Below, piece by piece: positions 7,980 through 15,586 of a stretch of 16,941 nucleotides of DNA. This DNA comes from Verrucomicrobia bacterium UBA3869 (GTDB lineage Bacteria > Verrucomicrobiota > Verrucomicrobiia > Opitutales > UBA9783). Made by a program: the position numbers and the translations under genes. The notes beneath the pieces are model-generated. The model saw nothing but the letters and a program-made list of their open reading frames with translations. It was not told the DNA's origin and did not search any database. The number at the start of each line of letters is the position of its first letter. Within the stretch, counting starts at the first letter, position 1. The stretch covers positions 1 through 16,941 of the forward strand of contig DGGR01000036.1 in assembly GCA_002392285.1 (NCBI GenBank), written 5' to 3'.

Positions 7980-8666
7980 TTAGGGGCGAAAAAACACGTT
8001 ATTACAATAATTTTTAGCAATCGCCAAATAACGTTCAATTATTTCTCCATCTTGAGGGGTTTCAGGTTTATGCTGCGCAATATAACAACGCTGTAAGTAC
8101 CAATGAGCTGAAGGATGGATTTGGGATCCTAAGTTTCGCAAGGCAGCCTCATCAATCCAATCGCGCGCTAACGTAGTACGAAATTCATAGGTACCCGGCG
8201 CACGCTGCAACACTACTTGCATCGATGTTTTTATATTGGCTACTAAGCTGGTTTGTTCAGCTGGTTCAGCCAACTGAGGATAACGATCCAAAGACGTTTT
8301 TAGATCCATTGCAATATAATCAACTAACGGGCTGATCAACCGCACCACCTCCGGATGGCTTCCGTTGGTATCAACCTTTACTTTCAATCCTAAGCGCTTA
8401 AAACGTTCGATCAAAAGCATTAAATCGGATGGATCCGTAGTTGGTTCTCCCCCGCTGATACACACCCCACTGATGAGTTTACGCGCTTTTTGCAGATAAA
8501 CTTCAATGGCGGACAATTCCAACCCATCACGTTTAACATCCTCCGTAAGGGTTTTATTATGGCAATAGGGACAATGAAAATTGCAGACTGGTATAAATAC
8601 CACGCTGCATACTTCACCCGGATAATCGCTTAACGAATGGACTAAAAAACCATACCGCTTAAGCAT
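7980..8666 (-). CDS. nrdG: Anaerobic ribonucleoside-triphosphate reductase activating protein (radical SAM)
   Basis: 'GEVCSVVFIPVCNFHCPYCHN' contains CxxxCxxC in the NrdG/PflA-activase context. 'ISGGEPT' is the SAM-binding motif. The gene begins 8 nt downstream of nrdD with an AAGGAA SD. Confidence 0.85.
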   Translation of the reverse strand: MLKRYGFLVHSLSDYPGEVCSVVFIPVCNFHCPYCHNKTLTEDVKRDGLELSAIEVYLQKARKLISGVCISGGEPTTDPSDLMLLIERFKRLGLKVKVDTNGSHPEVVRLISPLVDYIAMDLKTSLDRYPQLAEPAEQTSLVANIKTSMQVVLQRAPGTYEFRTTLARDWIDEAALRNLGSQIHPSAHWYLQRCYIAQHKPETPQDGEIIERYLAIAKNYCNNVFFRP

Positions 8667-8674
8667 GCTATTCC

Positions 8675-11065
8675 TTAAGAACCGGTGCTTACGTACCGCT
8701 TAATTTCTTCTGAATCGTATACCACTTCAGGTCGGTTGGGAACCACTAAGGCTGGTAAGTTATGAATATGATAACGTTTGGCAAGCTCCAATCCTGAGGT
8801 TTCGGATGTATTTACATACGTTCCGTTAAAATGATTTTCAGCTAAGAATGGCTTTAAGGACCGACATTTAACACAAGAATCGCTATGGAAAAATAGCGCT
8901 TGCTGAACAGCCGGCATTGGATCCTCTTGTTTTGTTTCGCAACAAGCGGATTCCGCTTCACACCCACCTGAAGTTGCATCATTCTTACCAAACGGCAAAT
9001 GGGAATGCGCTGCATCATACGTTAACCGATGCCTAAACTCTTCCTTCTTACCTTTATTCCAAAACTTAACGGCTCGGTAATATCCGGTAATACGGCTGTA
9101 GACTTCCATTTCGGATCCACACTTCGGACAATGTTCCACCTGACCTTCGCAACGGCCATGGGTTCCGCATACCGAAAATGTCGGTGAAATCGATACATAA
9201 GGCACCCGATAATTGCTCACAATCTTACGCACCAACGTACGGCACGACTGAGCATCCGGTAACGCTTCTCCCAAAAACACATGGAATACGGTACCTCCTG
9301 TATATTTTGTTTGAATCTCCTCTTGATGCTCTAACGCCTCAAATACGTTCGATGTATAATCAACAGGCAAGTTAGACGAATTGGTGTAATAAGGATCCTC
9401 GCTTCCCGATTGAATCATCTCTGGGAACATCTTTTTATCGATTTTAGCCAAACGATACGAAGTTCCTTCAGCGGGTGTTGATTCCAAATTGTACAAATTA
9501 CCGGTTTTCTCCTGATAATCCCGTAACCGATCGCGCATATGCAACAATACCCGTTGAACAAACGCATGCCCTGCCTCACTTGCAATCGATTGATGCAAGA
9601 AATTTAAACAACATTCATGCATACCAACCAATCCAATTGTGGAGAAATGGTTATTAAACGTATGTAAATAACGCTTGGTATAGGGGAACAATCCTTGATC
9701 CAACCAAGATTGAATCACCTTACGCTTACATTCTAATGAATCCTTTGCCAAATCCATCAAGGTATCCAAACGCTGGAAAAATTCCGTTTCTGAAGTGCTC
9801 AAATAGCCCAAACGCGGCATGTTGATGGTTACAACTCCAATCGAACCTGTAAATTCATCTGATCCGAACAATCCACCACCACGGCGCCTTAATTCTCGTT
9901 TATCCAAAGTCAAGCGGCAGCACATACTACGGACATCCGATGGATTTAGATCCGAATTAATGAAATTCTGGAAGTAAGGGGTTCCGTATTTAGCAGTCAT
10001 TGTGAACAACAAGTCTGTATTTTCACCCTCCCAATTAAAATCCTTTGTAATATTGTAAGTCGGAATAGGATAAGCAAACCCACGACCATTCGCATCCCCT
10101 TCAAGCATCACCTCTAAAAAGGCCCGGTTGATCATATCAATCTCTTTCTGACAATCCTTGTAACAGAAATCGCATTCCTTACCGCCAACAATAGCCTTTT
10201 TATCCGCTAAATCCTTTGGACATACCCAATCCAAAGTAATGTTTGAAAAAGGAGGCTGTGATCCCCATCGCGAGGACGTATTCATGCTAAAAACAAAGCT
10301 TTGCATACACTGCTTCACTTGTTCAAACGTTAGGTGGTCACTTTTAACAAAGGGAGCTAAATAGGTATCAAAGCTAGAAAGCGCCTGAGCACCCGCCCAT
10401 TCGTTTTGCATTGTCCCTATAAAGTTAATGATATGCCAAATAGCCGTTGAAAAGTGCTTAGCTGGCTTCGATCCAACCTTACCCTCAACCCCACTGATGC
10501 CCAATTCTAACAACTGACGCAAGCTCCAGCCGGCACAATACCCAGCAAACATGGATAAATCATGCAAATGAAAATCCCCGTTTTTATGCGCCTGAGCAAT
10601 TTTTTCATCGTAAATACGACTCAACCAATAATTGGCAGTAATCGCTCCTGCGTTGTGCAAGACAAGCCCACCGACCGAATAATGCATACTGCTATTTTCA
10701 TGGACGCGCCAATCGCTTTGATGAAGATAATCTTCCATCGTTTTCCCGATGTCTAACACCAACGCTTGACCTTCGCGGATTTGGCGGTGTTGGTCACGAT
10801 ATAAGATGAACGCTTTAGCAACTTTTTCAAAATGCTCTTGCATCAAGCAATGCTCAATCAAATCCTGAACCTCCTCAACCGATGGAATTGCACGCTCAGG
10901 ATAACGTTCCAACTCAGACAACACCTTCTCGCTTAAGCGTTGTACCAAAGAAACATCACATTGAGGGCTTACCGCTAAAAAGGCTCTATGGATTGCACTA
11001 AAAATGCGTTCCAAGTCAAACGGAACGACAGCCCCATTACGTTTACGAATAGAAAGTTCAGTCAT
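8675..11065 (-). CDS. nrdD: Class III (anaerobic) ribonucleotide reductase with an ATP-cone and a C-terminal thioredoxin-fold extension
   Basis: - N-terminal ATP-cone: IRKRNGAVVPFDLERI.
- Finger-loop motif 'VRSMCCRL' (Cys-Cys codons 9917-9922).
- Cys-rich zinc-ribbon region 'CPKCGS'.
- Glycyl-radical motif 'SRITGYYR' (Gly codon 9083-9085).
- After that motif come 135 more residues, ending in 'ALFFHSDSCVKCRSLKPFL...YHIHNLPALVV', a thioredoxin-like pattern of beta1, CxxC and a cis-Pro region. Confidence 0.92.
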   Translation of the reverse strand: MTELSIRKRNGAVVPFDLERIFSAIHRAFLAVSPQCDVSLVQRLSEKVLSELERYPERAIPSVEEVQDLIEHCLMQEHFEKVAKAFILYRDQHRQIREGQALVLDIGKTMEDYLHQSDWRVHENSSMHYSVGGLVLHNAGAITANYWLSRIYDEKIAQAHKNGDFHLHDLSMFAGYCAGWSLRQLLELGISGVEGKVGSKPAKHFSTAIWHIINFIGTMQNEWAGAQALSSFDTYLAPFVKSDHLTFEQVKQCMQSFVFSMNTSSRWGSQPPFSNITLDWVCPKDLADKKAIVGGKECDFCYKDCQKEIDMINRAFLEVMLEGDANGRGFAYPIPTYNITKDFNWEGENTDLLFTMTAKYGTPYFQNFINSDLNPSDVRSMCCRLTLDKRELRRRGGGLFGSDEFTGSIGVVTINMPRLGYLSTSETEFFQRLDTLMDLAKDSLECKRKVIQSWLDQGLFPYTKRYLHTFNNHFSTIGLVGMHECCLNFLHQSIASEAGHAFVQRVLLHMRDRLRDYQEKTGNLYNLESTPAEGTSYRLAKIDKKMFPEMIQSGSEDPYYTNSSNLPVDYTSNVFEALEHQEEIQTKYTGGTVFHVFLGEALPDAQSCRTLVRKIVSNYRVPYVSISPTFSVCGTHGRCEGQVEHCPKCGSEMEVYSRITGYYRAVKFWNKGKKEEFRHRLTYDAAHSHLPFGKNDATSGGCEAESACCETKQEDPMPAVQQALFFHSDSCVKCRSLKPFLAENHFNGTYVNTSETSGLELAKRYHIHNLPALVVPNRPEVVYDSEEIKRYVSTGS

Positions 11066-11214
11066 AATAAAAAGTTTTTTACAGGATTAATTGTATTATC
11101 CCTTTTGGGAATTATAAATCAAGTGGTTTTTGCAAAATTTTTGATCATTTTTTGATGCAGCCCAGATGCCTATCAACGAATTCCAATGGCCAGTTTAACG
11201 GCGTTTTAAGCACC

Positions 11215-12288
11215 TTATCGTTTCATGGGGATATACGGTGCCTTTTCTACCTTGTTTTTGTTCTCTTGCAACCAACGAATTACATGCGCAATCGGTTCAA
11301 TTAATTCATGCGGAATATAGTCCCCCTCATCCGCCAAATCATACAATGCATGAGCCAATGGCACATCCTCCAAAATCGGTATGTCGTACTGGCAAGCCGT
11401 TTTCTTCATCAATTGCGCCTGAAAATCGATTCCTTTAGCCAAAACCAAGGGCAATTTGGTCACAAGACGATTATAGTAAATAGCAACCGCATAGTGCGTT
11501 GGGTTCACAATGACGGCCGAAGCACGCTTTGTACGTACCGCCGGTCCCCCTTGCAATAATTCCCGATGCATCTGCTTACGCTTACCTTTAATAGTAGGAT
11601 CCCCTTCTTGTTCTTTAAATTCACGTTTAACCTCATCCTTGGTCATCATCAGCTGCTTCAGGTGATTTCTGCGCTGAAAAACAAAATCGATAAATGCTAC
11701 CACGACATAGGCAAAAATCACATTACAGACAAAGGTTTTCATGATACTGGGCATAACATCCATTAAATCCTCCAAGTTCATAAACGGGGTTTTTAATAGC
11801 GGATCGAGCACATTGCGGATAACAAAATACAACAAAACCCCCAAAAATATAATTTTGAACGCAGATTTTAAGAACTCCACCAGGTTTTTAATAGAAAATA
11901 TCTGCTTCAATTTAGAAATGGGATTGAGTTTGTTTAAATCCGGCTTAACCGACTCAAAGGCCAAAAGTAATCCGAACTGGAGCATATGAGCTGCCACACC
12001 AGTAATGATCACCAACAATAAGAGAGGCAAAACCACCTGAACAAACCCCGAAAGCCCAGCAGCTATGATTCGCTGACACGCCCCTATAAACGGTTCATTA
12101 TACAAGGTAGCCGGAACCTCTATTAATGCCCCTAGCGTTTGTAAAACAGCTTCTCGACGTATCCCTAAATACGCAAAAACAATGATCAGTAAAGCAGTAG
12201 AAGTTACATCCTTACTGTTAGCAACCTGCCCTTTTTTTCGGGCATCCCGTATTTTTTTAGCAGTTGGCTGTTCTGTTTTTTCACTCAT
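11215..12288 (-). CDS. sctU: Type III secretion export-apparatus switch protein SctU (YscU/CdsU-like; FlhB family)
   Basis: N-terminus 'MSEKTEQPTAKKIRDARKKGQVANSKDV' and 'VKPDLNKLNPISKLKQIFSIKNLVEFLKS' closely resemble YscU as I recall it, and resemble flagellar FlhB less. The autocleavage motif NPTH is present (codons 11494-11505). Four TM segments and a 357-aa length fit the family. Confidence 0.88.
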   Translation of the reverse strand: MSEKTEQPTAKKIRDARKKGQVANSKDVTSTALLIIVFAYLGIRREAVLQTLGALIEVPATLYNEPFIGACQRIIAAGLSGFVQVVLPLLLLVIITGVAAHMLQFGLLLAFESVKPDLNKLNPISKLKQIFSIKNLVEFLKSAFKIIFLGVLLYFVIRNVLDPLLKTPFMNLEDLMDVMPSIMKTFVCNVIFAYVVVAFIDFVFQRRNHLKQLMMTKDEVKREFKEQEGDPTIKGKRKQMHRELLQGGPAVRTKRASAVIVNPTHYAVAIYYNRLVTKLPLVLAKGIDFQAQLMKKTACQYDIPILEDVPLAHALYDLADEGDYIPHELIEPIAHVIRWLQENKNKVEKAPYIPMKR

Positions 12289-13078
12289 GTAACAACCTTA
12301 AAAATTGTAAAACGACTGTACGACAATCAAAACGCCCCACAAAATATTGAGCTAAATAATATAAATACAGGATAAAGAAGAACATGGACAGTTCGCTTTT
12401 AATCGGCATGGATAAAAAGAACACGTTCAACTGAGGAGCAAAGCGCGTCACTAAACCCAATCCAAATTCCGCCAAGAACAAAACGAACAAAACGGGACCT
12501 CCCAATAAGGCAATTTGGTTAAACAATTCCGTCCCCATTCCATGATTAAAGAAGTGAATCCATTCCTTTCCTAAAGCAGTTGGGAAAGCAAATATAGGGC
12601 ATAATTCATAAGTGACATAAATAGCTTTCAAAATGAGGAACAACCCTCCACAACTAACCGCCAACACCATAACAAATTTGATTAAAAAATCACCCAAAGG
12701 ACTGGTTTGAGAATTGGATAAAGGGTCAAATAAGCTAGCCATGGATGATCCGCGTTGCGTATCCAGGATAAATCCAACGCTTTGAGCTGCATAAAACCAA
12801 AAGTTGGTCAACCACCCTAAAATCATTCCCAACAAGGCTTCTTTGAAAAGAATTAATACAAATAACCAACGGCTTTCGTTTAAAACCACCAATCCCTGCG
12901 CATACACCGCAGGCATTAGCAGCATAGCAAACGTTACCGTTACAACACGCCGTGCAGTCCCTGATAAGTATTGCGAGGCAAAGAACACCGATAGCGAACA
13001 AAAGCCGAACATACGGCTACCACTAATCCCTAAAATCAATAGCCAATCCAACAATGGCTTTAGGGCATCGAAGTTCAT
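12281..13078 (-). CDS. sctT: Type III secretion export-gate protein SctT (YscT/FliR family)
   Basis: 265-aa polytopic membrane protein with a FliR/SctT-like profile. It sits between sctS and sctU with overlapping stop/start codons at both ends (ATGA at 13075-13078; 8-nt overlap at 12281-12288). Confidence 0.8.
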   Translation of the reverse strand: MNFDALKPLLDWLLILGISGSRMFGFCSLSVFFASQYLSGTARRVVTVTFAMLLMPAVYAQGLVVLNESRWLFVLILFKEALLGMILGWLTNFWFYAAQSVGFILDTQRGSSMASLFDPLSNSQTSPLGDFLIKFVMVLAVSCGGLFLILKAIYVTYELCPIFAFPTALGKEWIHFFNHGMGTELFNQIALLGGPVLFVLFLAEFGLGLVTRFAPQLNVFFLSMPIKSELSMFFFILYLYYLAQYFVGRFDCRTVVLQFLRLLHE

Positions 13079-13365
13079 CGCCCAAACGGTTGCTTAATAA
13101 GCATGAAGATGGATTCCAAATAACGCACCATCTCAATTCCCATCCAATGGGCGCTCAATACTAACACACAAGTAATACATACAAGACGAACCGCAAAGCT
13201 GAGTGTTTGTTCCTGCACCTGGGTTAACGCTTGTAATAAACTAACGCCCAACCCAACAAATGTTGCCAACAAAATAGAGGGTAAAGAAAGCAACAATACA
13301 ATGGTCATCGCTTTCGACGATAAATCAACAATAGCATTCTGATCCACAAAGTTATTGTACCCCAT
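13075..13365 (-). CDS. sctS: Type III secretion export-gate protein SctS (YscS/FliQ family)
   Basis: 'LLLSLPSILLATFVGLGVSLLQALTQVQEQTLSFAVRL' matches the FliQ/SctS hairpin, including the 'TQxQEQTL' core. I prefer the internal ATG at 13363-13365, giving 96 aa. It is preceded by GGAGGG (13369-13374). The longer 131-aa ORF would overlap the divergent radical-SAM start and add a non-homologous N-terminus. Confidence 0.8.
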   Translation of the reverse strand: MGYNNFVDQNAIVDLSSKAMTIVLLLSLPSILLATFVGLGVSLLQALTQVQEQTLSFAVRLVCITCVLVLSAHWMGIEMVRYLESIFMLIKQPFGR

Positions 13366-13368
13366 ATT

Positions 13369-13374
13369 CCCTCC
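13369..13374 (-). promoter_or_regulatory. Shine-Dalgarno sequence for sctS
   Basis: The minus strand reads GGAGGG-AAT-ATG. This is the strongest SD-like element I saw in the window. Confidence 0.5.
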
Positions 13375-13461
13375 ATACGCAAATGCTTCCAACAAGTTCT
13401 TCTGGATAAAAAACTCGCGCTTTACCCTAATCTTTGATAATTTTCTGTTAAATTTTTCAAA

Positions 13462-14496
13462 ATGACTCAATTTCTACGCACATTACAATCCGTTCGACGC
13501 TTTGCTGACTACCGAAAGCATCGGATTCCCAACAAAGATATTTTAATCGATATTAGCAATGTCTGTAACGCTCAGTGTTATTATTGTCCCATCGGATTAG
13601 CCAATCGAAAGGGTGCTCCTAGCTGCAGCCAATCAGGCGCTCCCAGCTTCATGCCGACTGATTTGTTTCAAAAAATCCTTCAACATTTGAAAGACACCCA
13701 GTGGCTACAACCCCATACCTGTTTACTCCCTTATATATGGCATGAACCACTGTTACATCCGGAATTCGCATCCATCATCCGCATCGCCAATCACTTTAAT
13801 TGTCCTCTAGATATCTCTACCAACGCAAACGTGCTCCCCAAAATCCCCAATGATTTTGATGCAAGCCGTATCTACATCGTTTGGTTTTCCATGCCAGGAT
13901 TTAGCCAACAGTCGTACGATAAAATCCACAAATTCGACTTTGAACGCATTAAGCACAATATTACAACCCTCGTACATACCTTCCGTGAACATGGCTGCAT
14001 TGGCCATTTCAAAATTGCCTTCCATGTCTATCAGTCAAATATTCATGAGCTTCCAGCAGCCTATGAATTTGCTCGCTCCCTTCATATCGATTGCCAACCT
14101 TATTTTGCAACCTTAATCAGCTTTAAAGACATTGCGCGCTACTTGAAGCAAGAGCTGTCCATGGATTTCTTAAGTAAGATCTCGCGTGATTTATTCATGG
14201 GGCTAACGCTCAATCTCAAAGGGCCACAATCAACCTGTCCGTGGTACAACAACGGATTGGCTATCGATAGCCAAGGAAATGTGTTACCTTGTTGCAACGA
14301 AACAGACCCTCTTGGCTCAGTATTCGAAGTAACGCCAGAAAAATTACGCGAATGGCACCAGGGCTACGATTTTTGTAAGGAATGCCTAGCGCTAGGGTTG
14401 CCTAATCGCGACAATGCTTATTGTGATTTCTATCCCCCTCATTACAACTGGCATCGGCAATGGTACTTGGAAGTATTAAAACAATGTTTGCGTTAG
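13462..14496 (+). CDS. Radical-SAM protein with a SPASM/twitch-like C-terminal Cys cluster, paralog 1 (unassigned family)
   Basis: - CNAQCYYC (Cx3Cx2C, residues 35-42, codons 13564-13587).
- 'WHEPLLHP', a GGE-like SAM motif, and 'STNAN'.
- Family block 'SMPGFSQQSYDKIHKFDFERIK'.
- C-terminal 'CPWYNNGLAIDSQGNVLPCC' (CX12GX4C-C), then 'CKEC', then a distal 'QCL'. Confidence 0.8.
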   Translation: MTQFLRTLQSVRRFADYRKHRIPNKDILIDISNVCNAQCYYCPIGLANRKGAPSCSQSGAPSFMPTDLFQKILQHLKDTQWLQPHTCLLPYIWHEPLLHPEFASIIRIANHFNCPLDISTNANVLPKIPNDFDASRIYIVWFSMPGFSQQSYDKIHKFDFERIKHNITTLVHTFREHGCIGHFKIAFHVYQSNIHELPAAYEFARSLHIDCQPYFATLISFKDIARYLKQELSMDFLSKISRDLFMGLTLNLKGPQSTCPWYNNGLAIDSQGNVLPCCNETDPLGSVFEVTPEKLREWHQGYDFCKECLALGLPNRDNAYCDFYPPHYNWHRQWYLEVLKQCLR

Positions 14497-14500
14497 CATT

Positions 14501-15559
14501 ATGACTCAATTTCTACGAGCACTGAAAAGTCTTACCCATTTTGCTGCCTATAAAGCAAATCGGCATCGTAAATCAATCTTGGTTGAAATCAGTAATGTTT
14601 GTAACGCCCAATGTTACTATTGCCAAACGGGCTGGGAGAACCGTAATCACATAACCCATCCGGGTACCTCATTCATGGAGGTTGAGCGTTTTAAGCAGAT
14701 TTTGGCGTATGCCAGAAAAACTTCCTTTGTAAAAGGGCAATCCTTAGTAACACTGCACAATTGGCACGAACCGTTACTGCATCCCGATTTCCCATCCATC
14801 ATTAAAGCTGCTCAACAGGCTAGCTATTGCGTAGAGTTGAGCACTAATGCTAACGTTTTGCCTAAAATTTCCCCTGATTTTGATGCAAGTCCGATTGCCA
14901 TGACTATTTTTTCCATGCCAGGGTTTAGCCAAGCATCATACGATAAAATCCACCGCTTCGATTTCGAGCATATCAAGCATAACATTGCTCAAATTGTAAA
15001 AACTTTTCGCCAACATGGCTGTTTTGGACGCTTCATCATTGCATTTCACGTCTACCAATTCAATACGCATGAACTTCAAGCTGCAAAAGCATTTGCACGG
15101 TCATTAGCGATTGATCTATGGCCTTATTTTGCCTTTATCTGCGATGGGCCGCGGCATTTACAGTACCTAAAGGGTACACTTCCTAACGATTACTTGTTGA
15201 ATGTTTCCAAGGATCTTTTTATGGGGTTCTATATGAAGAATCTAAAACCTTCAACCTTCTGCCCCGTTGCCAAAAACCTAACGGTGGATGTGGATGGGAA
15301 CTGCCGCATGTGCTGTAATGACGACACATTGTTGGGTAATGTATTTGAAATGACTCCGGAGCGTTGGGATCGCATTCATCAAGAGCATCCGGTCTGTAAA
15401 GAATGTATGGCATTAGGAAAGGCCAATTGGGAGTTGGCGGACGATTTGAATTTTCCGCTACAAGGGTTTGCACAATTTAAACGCATTAACTTTACCTACT
15501 TAAAAGCATTTGCCCTAACCTGTCTGCAATCGCCCAAAGCCGAAAACGCAAAACCTTAA
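14501..15559 (+). CDS. Radical-SAM protein with a SPASM/twitch-like C-terminal Cys cluster, paralog 2
   Basis: Motif set: CNAQCYYC, WHEPLLHP, STNAN, SMPGFSQASYDKIHRFDFEHIK, 'CPVAKNLTVDVDGNCRMCC' (CX11GX4C-C) and CKEC. It starts 4 nt after the paralog 1 stop. The first 17 nt are identical to those of paralog 1. Confidence 0.8.
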   Translation: MTQFLRALKSLTHFAAYKANRHRKSILVEISNVCNAQCYYCQTGWENRNHITHPGTSFMEVERFKQILAYARKTSFVKGQSLVTLHNWHEPLLHPDFPSIIKAAQQASYCVELSTNANVLPKISPDFDASPIAMTIFSMPGFSQASYDKIHRFDFEHIKHNIAQIVKTFRQHGCFGRFIIAFHVYQFNTHELQAAKAFARSLAIDLWPYFAFICDGPRHLQYLKGTLPNDYLLNVSKDLFMGFYMKNLKPSTFCPVAKNLTVDVDGNCRMCCNDDTLLGNVFEMTPERWDRIHQEHPVCKECMALGKANWELADDLNFPLQGFAQFKRINFTYLKAFALTCLQSPKAENAKP

Positions 15560-15586
15560 ATCCTTAATGTTCACAAACCCAACGGT

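Noticed and set aside
11066-11214. NrdR boxes or a terminator in the 149-bp sctU/nrdD intergenic region
   Set aside because: I found no pair of palindromic 16-bp NrdR-type boxes. The repeated GATGC elements are direct rather than inverted, so they form no hairpin. Several overlapping AT-rich -35/-10-like hexamers exist, but none is convincing enough to annotate.
13366-13470. The longer 131-aa version of sctS, starting at 13470
   Set aside because: - The extra 35 residues are not FliQ/SctS-like.
- The long start would overlap the divergent radical-SAM ATG head-to-head.
- The internal ATG at 13365 has a strong GGAGGG SD and gives a family-typical length.
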